A stretch of DNA of 64,000 nucleotides from an uncultured Acidobacteriota bacterium (GTDB lineage: Bacteria; Acidobacteriota; Terriglobia; Acidiferrales; UBA7541), in assembly GCA_963761555.1 (NCBI GenBank), contig CAVXHD010000002.1, positions 51,622 to 115,621 on the forward strand. Reading direction: 5' to 3'. Position 1 is the first letter of the stretch. The number at the start of each line of letters is the position of its first letter. Shown here one piece after another: positions 1 to 9,330 of this stretch. The notes beneath the pieces were generated by a model that worked only from the letters and a program-made list of their open reading frames with translations, did no database searches and had not been told where the DNA came from. A program made the position numbers and the translations under genes.

Positions 1-330
1 GGACTTACAGAACGCAAGGTGCGACTCCATATTCTCCACCTCATAACACAGGTGGTGAAGCCCCCCTCCGCGCTCTATGAACCGCGAGACAGGCGAATCT
101 GGACCGCCAGGCTCGACCAATTCTATCAAGGGGTCGGTAGGGTTACGCCCCTGAAAAAATGCCACCCGGACCTTCTGGATTGGGTCAAAAACTATGTTCT
201 CATCCCAGGTTGCCCCAAGAGCGAGGACAAAGGACTGGCTGCTTTCCTGAATCGAAGAAACCACGAATCCGATATGATGAAGCTTAACGTGATCCCGTGG
301 AGGCAGATTCTCCAAGGGTTCACTGCTCAT
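1..330 (-). CDS. VOC/glyoxalase-fold protein, methylmalonyl-CoA epimerase-like (N-terminal 110 codons; gene continues past left edge)
   Basis: Absent from the ORF track because it runs off the window. My minus-strand translation from the ATG at 330 reads MSSEPLENLPPRDHVKLHHIGFVVSSIQESSQSFVLALGATWDENIVFDPIQKVRVAFFQGRNPTDPLIELVEPGGPDSPVSRFIERGGGLHHLCYEVENMESHL and stays open to nt 1. The HHIGxxV and HHLCYEV patterns are typical of VOC metal sites. The start overlaps the GNAT stop by 11 nt. Confidence 0.55.
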   Translation of the reverse strand, partial: MSSEPLENLPPRDHVKLHHIGFVVSSIQESSQSFVLALGATWDENIVFDPIQKVRVAFFQGRNPTDPLIELVEPGGPDSPVSRFIERGGGLHHLCYEVENMESHLAFCKS

Positions 331-1060
331 GCGGCCTCGCGTTTGTTGGAACTCTATCTGCCCCTTCCATCCTCTTGAGCGTTTGCTCTGCGGGTCCATT
401 TTTAGCCCAAGATGCAAAGGTCAGACCGAAAAGGCGAAACGACCTGGCAAGGCCCAAGCGGAGAAACGGACTATTTCTGAGCGAAGACAATTGCGCTTCG
501 TTCCATTCTGCTGCCTCGATGTAGGCGCGCCCGCCGCACTCTCCTGCCAGGGTGCGCAGGATGTGGGCGACTAAGAATGGATTCATTCTTCGCCCGCGAT
601 ATTGAGGAAATACATGGAAATCAAAGAGATGGACGTCATTTTGCCCAAGCGGGAAGTAATAAGGTTCCATGGTGGATGCCCGCAAAGTCCACCCGTAGCC
701 CACCAGCTTGTTTTCTGCTCGAACCAGCCACAGCGAGGCGCCCCTTGCAAACCGTTCCGTAATCCTTCGCAGTGCCAGTTTGGCATTCCAGAAACTGGTC
801 ATCTCTTGCAAGTCCTGCGCGCTGAGTTCGGCGTAGCTTCCGACACGCTCGAATTTTAGTGAACTTGGGACATTTACAGGAGCCGCGGATTGCTTGGCGA
901 GGTCACAATAAAAGACGACCATGCGGCCCGAAAACAGGGCGCGCTTGACGGCCACGCTGGCGCGCCGGATGGTTGCCCCGAAACCGTGTCGAGTGTAGTA
1001 CGTCGTGAGGCGCGAAATGGAATTAGCAACGCTCATGGTAACGGCTGCCCCAGTCTTCAA
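320..1060 (-). CDS. GNAT-family N-acetyltransferase (putative)
   Basis: 246-aa ORF with an acetyl-CoA-binding-like block, FHVFPQYRGRRMNPFLVAHILR. A 4-nt overlap with the upstream GT2 stop (1057-1060) suggests translational coupling. Confidence 0.55.
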   Translation of the reverse strand: MKTGAAVTMSVANSISRLTTYYTRHGFGATIRRASVAVKRALFSGRMVVFYCDLAKQSAAPVNVPSSLKFERVGSYAELSAQDLQEMTSFWNAKLALRRITERFARGASLWLVRAENKLVGYGWTLRASTMEPYYFPLGQNDVHLFDFHVFPQYRGRRMNPFLVAHILRTLAGECGGRAYIEAAEWNEAQLSSLRNSPFLRLGLARSFRLFGLTFASWAKNGPAEQTLKRMEGADRVPTNARPHEQ

Positions 1061-2022
1061 GCTTTCTTGGGAATGCTCCCAGTGATGAGTTCACGAATAC
1101 AGGCGCCGCTCACTTGCTTACGCACATCGTGCTGCGCAATTTCTCGGGAATGCGCCAAACCTGACAGCAGAGCGCTGGTATAACGCAGGATATGATGAAA
1201 AAACATTATGCTACGGATTCCCGAGACACCCCAAAAACCGTGATGTTTGATCCAATAGTGCAAGACAGAGCGCTGTTGTGCGACGGCAAAGCGGACCGGG
1301 AAGGGCGCGGTGATCTTGCCACGATCGTGAATTGCCTGCGCACCGGGGTAGAAGACCACCTGCCATCCTGCGTTTCGCGCACGCCGGCACCAGTCCACGT
1401 CATCGCCGTACATAAAAAGACCCTCATCGAGCAGGCCCACGGTGTCAAAGGCTTCCCGGCGAATCATCGTGAAACAACCCACGAGCACGTCCACGGGCAA
1501 GGTCCGGTCATGCGGAAAGTAGAACATATGTTCGCCCGCGAAGAATCGCGAATTCTTGAACCTAGCGGATAAGCCAGCGGCCGAGCAGAAGTTGTTCCAC
1601 AAAGTCGGAAATCGCCGGCAGGTACTCTGGAGCGACAAGTCTGGATTTAGCACACGCGGGCCCACGTTTCCCACTTTGGGGTTCTGATCCAGGAAGTCCG
1701 CGAGCGCGTCTAGACAGCCGGGAAACACGATCACGTCCGGATTCACAAGAGCGATATAACGCCCCTGGCACTGCCGGATGGCTACGTTGTTGCCCTTGGC
1801 AAAACCCAGGTTTTCACTGCTTTTGATCAACTTGACCCACGGAAACTTTGCTTCGACCATCTCCACGGAGTTATCTGTGGACGCATTGTCTACGAGCAAC
1901 ACCTCCATGCTACGCCGTGGCGGAGCCTTGGCCAAGCTTTCCAAGCACAGTTCCAAATAATGCTCGGCATTCCAGCCGACGATAACAACCGAGATCTCTA
2001 ATGAGTTAGATTGAGACGGCAT
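1057..2022 (-). CDS. glycosyltransferase family 2 (GT-A fold)
   Basis: 321 aa. GT-A signature ISVVIVGWNAEHYLELCLESL...LLVDNASTDNS, plus a DxD-like YGDDVDW. Confidence 0.8.
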   Translation of the reverse strand: MPSQSNSLEISVVIVGWNAEHYLELCLESLAKAPPRRSMEVLLVDNASTDNSVEMVEAKFPWVKLIKSSENLGFAKGNNVAIRQCQGRYIALVNPDVIVFPGCLDALADFLDQNPKVGNVGPRVLNPDLSLQSTCRRFPTLWNNFCSAAGLSARFKNSRFFAGEHMFYFPHDRTLPVDVLVGCFTMIRREAFDTVGLLDEGLFMYGDDVDWCRRARNAGWQVVFYPGAQAIHDRGKITAPFPVRFAVAQQRSVLHYWIKHHGFWGVSGIRSIMFFHHILRYTSALLSGLAHSREIAQHDVRKQVSGACIRELITGSIPKKA

Positions 2023-2031
2023 GGTCGAAGG

Positions 2032-3129
2032 TTAGTTCCTCGATGCTAACCTTTTAAAGGCGCGGGCAAGTTGCATGGTACGCCCTGTTCCTTGAATCGT
2101 ACGCTGCATCGCCAAACCTGCCTTTGCGATCGCGGAAGACATGGCGCTATTCGATGCGACCAATGGGGCCATCTGACAGACATCCAAACCCGACAAACCC
2201 CTCTTAAAATGGTAGACGCCTGGATTGCTATCGGGGTCGATGCCTCCGAGATCGTACCAGCGGATGCCATTTTCCTTTAGCCAACGAATCAAGGTCCATT
2301 GCAAAAGGTAAGCACCTTTCGAATTTAAGCCGCTATCGCTGGTCGCGCCCAGTAGATAAACAGCGCTATCGCCGATGGCCGATGCAACAAGTCCCGCCAC
2401 TGGGATGCCTCCGTCTTCGCAAATCAAAATGCGCATGCGGTGACATTCCGGCAAGGTTTCCTGAATGCGCCAGAACTCGTCAGCGTCCACAGTGGTCTCA
2501 AAGGTCTTGCGCTTTCGCATCTGGGAATAGATCTGGCAAAACGTTCTGTATTCCTCGATTCCGTGTCCAGCGACTACGCTCAGATTATTTTTTTCCGAGC
2601 GCGTAAGCTGATTTCGCCATTTCTTGTCGAGCCCGCTCCGCAATTCCTCGAGAGAGGGACGAAGATCGATGATAAGAGTTCGGTACGTGTTACGCGAATC
2701 GAGAGGCTCCGACGTGAATTTGCAAAACGCATTCTGCATTGTTGTGGCGCGCGACGATCCCGCAAAAGCATTAGGAAGGATGCGAAGGAAAAGCTTCCTC
2801 TTGGCCAAGTATTCGTCAGCGATGGCCTGAGCCATACGCACAGGAACCTCCGGATCGCAGGAAACATCCTTCCGTTCCCAGAGGGGACCCCAACGCAGAT
2901 GGGCCATGCCAAATTTGAGAGGTGTTGGACGAACGATCCTGAGCTGCGCTATGCCGAGAACTTCACCGTCCCGCTTTAGCACTAATCGGCTAAGTTCTTT
3001 TTCTCCCCAACGGACTTGACCATAGGCTGACGTTTGATAAATGTTCGCATCCTCGAACAGGTCAAGCATCTTCGACCATTCCTCCGACGTTGCGCGATCC
3101 ACTTCGACTTGCCAGCCAAGATTTTCCAT
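2032..3129 (-). CDS. FemAB-like (GNAT-fold) acyl/aminoacyl transferase, exosortase-locus type
   Basis: ORF 2032..3300 trimmed to the ATG at 3129 (MENLGWQVEV...), which removes the overlap with the upstream gene. About 365 aa. The FemAB-like call is pattern level only. FemAB-family genes are recognised companions of exosortase EPS loci. Confidence 0.55.
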   Translation of the reverse strand: MENLGWQVEVDRATSEEWSKMLDLFEDANIYQTSAYGQVRWGEKELSRLVLKRDGEVLGIAQLRIVRPTPLKFGMAHLRWGPLWERKDVSCDPEVPVRMAQAIADEYLAKRKLFLRILPNAFAGSSRATTMQNAFCKFTSEPLDSRNTYRTLIIDLRPSLEELRSGLDKKWRNQLTRSEKNNLSVVAGHGIEEYRTFCQIYSQMRKRKTFETTVDADEFWRIQETLPECHRMRILICEDGGIPVAGLVASAIGDSAVYLLGATSDSGLNSKGAYLLQWTLIRWLKENGIRWYDLGGIDPDSNPGVYHFKRGLSGLDVCQMAPLVASNSAMSSAIAKAGLAMQRTIQGTGRTMQLARAFKRLASRN

Positions 3130-3169
3130 GAACTTTAGTTCTTTCTCACGTGGTGACTCAAAACGAATA

Positions 3170-4198
3170 TTACGACCGCATTCCGGGTCCATCGACGTGA
3201 TGAACGTCCCGACGAGTGGCGCTAAAATGCCGATTCCGAATCGCGCGTAGGCGAGGAAGAATCTCGAGATCGAGGAAGAAAGTGTCCTCGTCTTGAACAC
3301 GAGGATTCACCCTATCGAGGTGGAAGAGGTCAGCGCCCCGAGGGTTGGCGACACTCTCGCTCAGGAACACTGCTTTGTGCCCAGAGCTTTCAAGGTGCTC
3401 TGCCAAACGGGGAGTAAGATCTTTCGAGGAGCCGTAGGGCAAGCTGAAAGATCGTACTTTCGTCCCTGAGAGCGCCTCCAATTCCGCTTTATTCTTGTCC
3501 ACCTCGACGCCAAACTCTTCCTCCGAAAGGGATCTGCCGTGCACATGGCTGTAGGTGTGATTTCCTATCTCGAAATCGAAAGATTTGAGATCCGAGAGTT
3601 GCTTGCTAGTCAAATAGAGGTGCGCTTCCTCTGCCATTCGGCGTTCGCTGATCCCTGCCAACTGCCTTAGCGCTTCGAGAAATGTTTCTCTCTCGGCATG
3701 TTTCATGCTGGGAAAGAAACTTGTGAAGACTTCGGTGAGACAATGCAATTCTGGGATCTCGGTGCCGCGTATGGCGCGGGCCGCAGCGTTTATTTTCTCC
3801 ATTCCAAACACATTGGCAACGTAGCACACGAGGTTGTCGGGTGCTAAACGCTGGTTATCAAGAAACGCTGAATTCACGAAAAAGACTGCTGGCACGCCGA
3901 ACTTCTGACAGAGTGGCGCTGCGATTTCAACAACTGAAGCATAGGCGTCATCGAATGTAACGAGCACCGCACGCGGAGGAAGGCTTCTGCCGTTAGAAAC
4001 TGCCAAGACTTCCTCTAGTGAAACGGGGGTATAGTATCTGGCAAGAAAGTTCAGTGCGCCCTCGAACTCTCGGGGGGTGGTACTCACATTGATCCCTTTC
4101 GTAAATGGCGACGGTCTAACCGCAATATCATGGAAGACCACACACCTAGGCGAGTACGAAGGGCCAAGAATACGTGCAATCCCGAAACGGAATGGCAT
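3170..4198 (-). CDS. polysaccharide deacetylase (NodB-type)
   Basis: ORF 3170..4336 trimmed to the ATG at 4198 (MPFRFGIARILG). NodB motifs VLVTFDDAY and HTYSHVH are present. Confidence 0.75.
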   Translation of the reverse strand: MPFRFGIARILGPSYSPRCVVFHDIAVRPSPFTKGINVSTTPREFEGALNFLARYYTPVSLEEVLAVSNGRSLPPRAVLVTFDDAYASVVEIAAPLCQKFGVPAVFFVNSAFLDNQRLAPDNLVCYVANVFGMEKINAAARAIRGTEIPELHCLTEVFTSFFPSMKHAERETFLEALRQLAGISERRMAEEAHLYLTSKQLSDLKSFDFEIGNHTYSHVHGRSLSEEEFGVEVDKNKAELEALSGTKVRSFSLPYGSSKDLTPRLAEHLESSGHKAVFLSESVANPRGADLFHLDRVNPRVQDEDTFFLDLEILPRLRAIRNRHFSATRRDVHHVDGPGMRS

Positions 4199-4244
4199 GC
4201 GCCAGAATGCCGTCTCGGCCAAATTAAGCGCGGCGCGACTAAAT

Positions 4245-6149
4245 CTACTGTGCTGTAGACTGTTCACGTTCCAAAAATGTTCGCTGCCACAGTTCGAGGC
4301 TGACGAGCGAAAATATCCCCTTAGAATAGTTGACACCGTTCGAGTTGGCTTTCAGTAAAGCTTCAATGGCGTCTCTACCGAAGTAACCTCGATTGATTGT
4401 CTTGCGGTCCAGCAACACGTCCGAGACGAAATCCTTTAGATCGTTCCGAAGCCACGACTCATAGGGCACTGGAAATCCGGTCTTCTTCCGGTCACGGATT
4501 TCTCTTGGAATTTTCGGCGACAAAGCCTTCTTTAGAATGTATTTTGTCTTAAAACCTTTCAACTTGTAGCTGGGGGGTAAGGACGCTGCAAACTCTAGGA
4601 CTTGATGATCCAACAGCGGTACGCGAAGTTCAACGGAGTTGGCCATAGTCATTTTGTCGGCCTTGATCAGTAGATCGTCGGGAAGCCACGTCTTCGTATC
4701 AATGTAGAGCATCGCGTTAAGAGTATCTTTGTCTCTGACGTGATTCTGGAACTGACGCACAGGTTCGAGGCTATGCTCGCGGTCAACGAATGCGGCAAAA
4801 TCCGTGGAGTACACTTTACCCAGTCCGTTCCCCGTATAAGATTGCGGGTTGGAAGTGCGGCTGTAATAGTAGTCGGGGAAGCAGTCGTGCATCAGGGGCA
4901 CGTACTTAGCCGCTCGAGGCAGGTGGAACATCGAGTTGGCAAGAGAAAAGCCGCGTCCGATGATACCCTTCAGTGAAGGAACCGCCCGTTTGATTCGCTC
5001 CAGCCAAACCAGATTGCGATAGTTGCTATACCCAGCGAACGCCTCATCCCCACCTTCTCCCGAAAGAAGCACCTTCACGAAATTCCTGGCTAATTTTGAG
5101 ACGTAATATAAGGCAATCGCAGGCGGCTCGCAAACGGGCTCTTCCATGTGCCACACGTATTGGGGCATGAAGTCCGCAAAATCTTTGGCCGAGATACTCA
5201 TCTCGTGGTGCTGGGTACCGAAGCTTTCCGCTGCTAATCTTGCGTATGGTCTTTCGTCAGCAACATCTCCCCCGGAGAATCCTACGGTGAAGCTACTGAC
5301 CTTCTTGTCCGTTGCATGTGTCGCGAAACTGAGCACACCGGTCGAATCGACCCCTCCGCTGAGAAGAACACCAACTGGCACGTCCGCGATCATGTGCAGT
5401 TCGACGGTTTCGGCCAACAGATTTATGAGTTCGCTTTCTGCATCATCAATGTTCTTGTTGCGAGACGGCTCTGTAAACTGAAGGTCCCAATACCGCTTTA
5501 ATTCTGACTTGCCATCCCGAATGAGCAAATAGTGTCCAGGGGCCAGCTTATGGACTCCCTTAAGCAATGTCTCCTCGCCAGGCAAATAACCGAAAGTCAA
5601 GAAACGGTCTATGACCTCGGGCAGAATCTGTTTATTAAGCCATGGGTCAACCAAAATTGCTTTGATTTCAGAAGCAAAAGCTATGGATGAGTCGCTCAGG
5701 GAATAGTAGAGCGGCTTTATTCCTACACGGTCTCTAGCGAGGAAGAGGGTATTTGCATTGCCATCCCAGATCGCGAAGGCGAACATCCCACGCAGCTTTT
5801 CCAAACAACCGGGACCGAATTCCTCGTACAAATGGACAATTACCTCCGTGTCCGTCCGCGTCTTGAACACGTGCCCTTTGCTTTGGAGAATCGCGCGCAG
5901 ATCCTGATAGTTGTAGATTTCCCCATTAAATACGATCCAGATCGAACCATCCTCGTTTGACAGCGGCTGGTGACCACTTTGAAGGTCGATAATCGAGAGT
6001 CGGCGAAAACCGAGGCCGATTTGACCTGCGACGTAATACCCCTCGTCATCTGGCCCGCGATGGCGAATCGTGTCGGCCATTGCCTTTACGAGCGCGTGCG
6101 AGACCGTCGCCTCTGGACTGAACATTAATTTTCCGCAAATTCCGCACAT
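4245..6149 (-). CDS. asparagine synthase (glutamine-hydrolysing) family amidotransferase, EPS-locus associated
   Basis: 634 aa. Starts MCGICG (Ntn Cys2 glutaminase). PP-loop LLSGGVDST. Confidence 0.9.
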   Translation of the reverse strand: MCGICGKLMFSPEATVSHALVKAMADTIRHRGPDDEGYYVAGQIGLGFRRLSIIDLQSGHQPLSNEDGSIWIVFNGEIYNYQDLRAILQSKGHVFKTRTDTEVIVHLYEEFGPGCLEKLRGMFAFAIWDGNANTLFLARDRVGIKPLYYSLSDSSIAFASEIKAILVDPWLNKQILPEVIDRFLTFGYLPGEETLLKGVHKLAPGHYLLIRDGKSELKRYWDLQFTEPSRNKNIDDAESELINLLAETVELHMIADVPVGVLLSGGVDSTGVLSFATHATDKKVSSFTVGFSGGDVADERPYARLAAESFGTQHHEMSISAKDFADFMPQYVWHMEEPVCEPPAIALYYVSKLARNFVKVLLSGEGGDEAFAGYSNYRNLVWLERIKRAVPSLKGIIGRGFSLANSMFHLPRAAKYVPLMHDCFPDYYYSRTSNPQSYTGNGLGKVYSTDFAAFVDREHSLEPVRQFQNHVRDKDTLNAMLYIDTKTWLPDDLLIKADKMTMANSVELRVPLLDHQVLEFAASLPPSYKLKGFKTKYILKKALSPKIPREIRDRKKTGFPVPYESWLRNDLKDFVSDVLLDRKTINRGYFGRDAIEALLKANSNGVNYSKGIFSLVSLELWQRTFLEREQSTAQ

Positions 6150-6179
6150 AATTGGGGGGTGATACTACCGAGCTGGAGG

Positions 6180-7046
6180 TCACCTCCAGATTGTTTGCAT
6201 GCCACAGAGACGCCTCAACTGCTGGCCGCGTATGTAGGCGATGTATGATCGGTCTTCCAAACGTGGGGGGCGGGTCACATGGGCTTTCAGGAATCCATAA
6301 AGTATCGCGACCGAACCAATGAGATAAGGCTTCTCTGCTATCCGATACAAGCACCTAGCCAGAACGAAGAGGGGATGGTACCCGGAAATGTAGCAAACCA
6401 TACCGTGCTTCACCCTTGTACGTAGCTGGCCGTCCTCAGTCCCAGTGAAACGATGATGAAGGAGATGCAGATCTTCAAAGGCGTACGTCTTCCAACCCAA
6501 CATGTTGGCTTTGACCTCATCGATCGTATCCCACCCAGGCGCGGGCCACAGTCCCCCAATAGCTTCCCAACAATTTCTCTTGTAAATCTTCGTAGCCCCT
6601 CGCACGTGGAACCGTGGATTCTTTTCGATTTCTAGCTTTCCCGCGATGTTGTGACGGATTTCTCCGCCGCCAATGCCGAGGTCGGGATCACTATGGAATT
6701 TCTCAAAGCATTTTTCAAAATAGTCTGGTGGAAAACTCAAATCTCCGTCGAGCTTGACGACAAAATCCCAGTCCTTGGACTGCAGGGAATTGTATCCGTC
6801 GTAGAAGGCCTCCATCACCCCGCCCCCGGACTTCCGAAAGCCTCTGTTCTCACGATGCACGACGCGAATCCAGGGATATTGAGCGGAGCATCGGTCGATG
6901 ATATCGCCCGTGCGGTCAGTGGAGCCGTCATTGACGATTACCCATTCAGTGGGCAATGCGGTTTGACTGCATACAGATTCGAGGGTGCTCTCTATATGCT
7001 CCTCCTCGTCGCGTACCGGAGTAATGATTACGTATTTTGGATTCAT
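6180..7046 (-). CDS. glycosyltransferase family 2
   Basis: 288 aa. VIITPVRDEEEHIESTLESVCSQT...VIVNDGSTDRT, plus KLDGDLSF (DxD). Confidence 0.8.
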   Translation of the reverse strand: MNPKYVIITPVRDEEEHIESTLESVCSQTALPTEWVIVNDGSTDRTGDIIDRCSAQYPWIRVVHRENRGFRKSGGGVMEAFYDGYNSLQSKDWDFVVKLDGDLSFPPDYFEKCFEKFHSDPDLGIGGGEIRHNIAGKLEIEKNPRFHVRGATKIYKRNCWEAIGGLWPAPGWDTIDEVKANMLGWKTYAFEDLHLLHHRFTGTEDGQLRTRVKHGMVCYISGYHPLFVLARCLYRIAEKPYLIGSVAILYGFLKAHVTRPPRLEDRSYIAYIRGQQLRRLCGMQTIWR

Positions 7047-7067
7047 ACCAGAGTTCTGCCGTGTGAA

Positions 7068-9119
7068 TTACACGTTGCTCGAGTGGGAGATAGAACGTCG
7101 CTTCTTGAGAAATATCCGCAGGCGGTAGGCCATATATATGCAAAGCGCTATCAAGACCAGCAAGAAACCAAGTACAGGCCCCGGTTTTAGCTCATGCTCG
7201 TCATAGAAATGAATAAATAAAAGTCCGCCCGGGAATTTGGATAAATAATCGTCGCGGAAATCCGAGCCCATTCGGAGAAGGTAAACAACTAGAGAACGAT
7301 GCGAAATATCTACCGAAGCCAATTCCAGGTCATTTTTGTATCGGATTGCAGTGCAGGCGCTTTTGTCCTTGGCAAGAGGGAACGTCAGATTTAAATAACC
7401 GTCTCGTACATCGTACTCAGAGGGTTGGCCATTCACAGAGACTGACTCTATGGGCTGTCCACCGATTTCCTGCTTTCGCAGATAAAAGACCGCATTCTGT
7501 CCAAAAGTGTTATCCACACAAACGTTGCTTGAAAATGCCATCACATCGTAGTGGGCACCGTCCCTTAGCTTTACCAAGTAGAGATGTCTAATGACATCTC
7601 CTAAACTCCGCCACTGCGTCTCCGTGTCGAGCTTGTTCACCGCGTCTGCGAGCCCATCGAAAGAATCTATACCTCCCGCAAAAAGATCAGAATGTCCGTA
7701 GAACAGCAAAGGATTGCCGAGGAATTCGTTTATAGCGATTAATCCCTCCGGGAGTGGAGCCGCCACGGAATAACGGATCAGGCTAGGAAAGCCACCAAAG
7801 GAAAGCGTAACAGGCCGCAAGTAGAATGAAAGAGCCGCTGGTGCAAGAGCACCCTGCGGAACATTCGAGGAGTTGACAGTAGCAAGATAGTTGTAAGTCT
7901 TGAGTGCCTCCAGCGTTTTTTCGGGTGCAATACTGTGAGGAAAGATCATCACTTTGTCGTACGGGATCCCTGTCAGTGTTCGGAATCTCTCCATCCTGGC
8001 CAAGGACTGTTTAAGATCGGCGATCTGAACATTGAGCGGCTTGCTCGAGTAAGCCGTAAACTCTTTATGATCATGGTTATCGCCATGAATAGTTATGGAG
8101 AATCTCTCAGGATGGTTTCGAAAAAGCAAGACAATTGCGGGCTCACTGCGAGCGAAATTCCAAGGTATGAAGGCAATAGTCGTGTGAAAGTTGTGCCGTT
8201 CCATCTCCCCGAAGAGACCTTCATAATCGACGTAGCCGTAAGGCTGCCGGAGCCAAGGATCATCAATGGTTAGATTCGCGTACTGATGAGGAGTGCGCCA
8301 AGCCCTCTCACCCCCGCAGTATCTGACAAACAACATTGCAGGAGCAATCTGAAGGAAGGCATCCACAACTCCCCCTCCATCCGCCGAAACTGCACTTGGG
8401 GGAAGTGGCACACGCGACGAACACTGAACCTGTTGAACGGTGGCCTCAATGTAAACAGGAAACACTTGGTCATCGTTCCGAACACCCATCACTGGTTGAG
8501 CTGCGCTATTTTCGCCCGGTACCAGGTAAGTTGCATTCTTGAAAGGCAGCGGAACTTCGAGGCCTGCTAGCTGCCAGGTAAGTCCGGTTATTCGCCCAAA
8601 TACATATTGCAGTCGACCTGGATTTTCTAGGCGCCTGCATCCAGAGGCGTTGCCTCCCGACCATTTTTTCAGCAGAGTGGGGTCAATTCCCGGGGTCACT
8701 CCCGAAACCAGAAGAGCTGCACCGCTGCCCCGCTTGCGTTGCAAGATACCCATCACCGCGCTCTGGTTAACGAAAGGCAGAGCGTCTGCAGCTATTGCAA
8801 CTCCGACAGTTTCTTCCCCTTGGATGGCCCTTGTAACCGCAGACTCGTCCTTGGCGGAGCTGACTGAAACAATCTTAAGGTTCAAGCCATAGAAGTTAGC
8901 TGCCGTTTCCAGTTGTTCTTGTTCGGTGGATGTGCGACCGGGCAGGCCAATGAATACGACGTCGGCCGCATCGCAGCACGAGCCCGACATTAGCATCAGG
9001 AATAAGACGGCCCAGGCGATGCCTATGGGACGATTTGCGATTGCGCTGAATCGCATCAATATCATGAGCTTTTCCGTGGGCCTTGTCAGAGCGACTGCAA
9101 AATTAGCTGTCGTTGTCAT
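7068..9119 (-). CDS. hypothetical membrane-anchored/exported protein of the EPS operon
   Basis: 683-aa ORF. Signal-like N-terminus (IGIAWAVLFLMLMSGSCC), C-terminal TM (VLGFLLVLIALCIYMAY) and a central HGDNHDH block. No family recognised. The start codon is uncertain. Confidence 0.5.
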   Translation of the reverse strand: MTTTANFAVALTRPTEKLMILMRFSAIANRPIGIAWAVLFLMLMSGSCCDAADVVFIGLPGRTSTEQEQLETAANFYGLNLKIVSVSSAKDESAVTRAIQGEETVGVAIAADALPFVNQSAVMGILQRKRGSGAALLVSGVTPGIDPTLLKKWSGGNASGCRRLENPGRLQYVFGRITGLTWQLAGLEVPLPFKNATYLVPGENSAAQPVMGVRNDDQVFPVYIEATVQQVQCSSRVPLPPSAVSADGGGVVDAFLQIAPAMLFVRYCGGERAWRTPHQYANLTIDDPWLRQPYGYVDYEGLFGEMERHNFHTTIAFIPWNFARSEPAIVLLFRNHPERFSITIHGDNHDHKEFTAYSSKPLNVQIADLKQSLARMERFRTLTGIPYDKVMIFPHSIAPEKTLEALKTYNYLATVNSSNVPQGALAPAALSFYLRPVTLSFGGFPSLIRYSVAAPLPEGLIAINEFLGNPLLFYGHSDLFAGGIDSFDGLADAVNKLDTETQWRSLGDVIRHLYLVKLRDGAHYDVMAFSSNVCVDNTFGQNAVFYLRKQEIGGQPIESVSVNGQPSEYDVRDGYLNLTFPLAKDKSACTAIRYKNDLELASVDISHRSLVVYLLRMGSDFRDDYLSKFPGGLLFIHFYDEHELKPGPVLGFLLVLIALCIYMAYRLRIFLKKRRSISHSSNV

Positions 9120-9330
9120 CTAAACCATTTGCAGTTTAATCGACGAAGAGGAGACGAGTTGGGTCACTCAATCGTTGTTTGCTGCGCAGTGTGACTACGC
9201 AACGGTGAAAACGCTATGGAACTGACGGGTTTCGTTCCTATTTCTCAAACTCTCTAACAGATCGCAACCTAGGTCTCGAAGAGCGTATTTTTCTTTCTTT
9301 CTCAACTCTGCCCGTCCACGCTCCTGCCGC

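Noticed and set aside
19-378. 119-aa plus-strand ORF at the left edge
   Set aside because: It is antisense to the VOC-fold gene, which reads cleanly on the minus strand from 330 to the edge.
7121-7128. Second GGCGGTAG (ops core) on the plus strand. Further copies on the minus strand near 30529, 31599 and 31869.
   Set aside because: These copies lie inside coding sequence. The first is antisense to the operon and the others encode AAVAP in the Ig repeats. They show that the 8-mer arises by chance in this GC-rich sequence.
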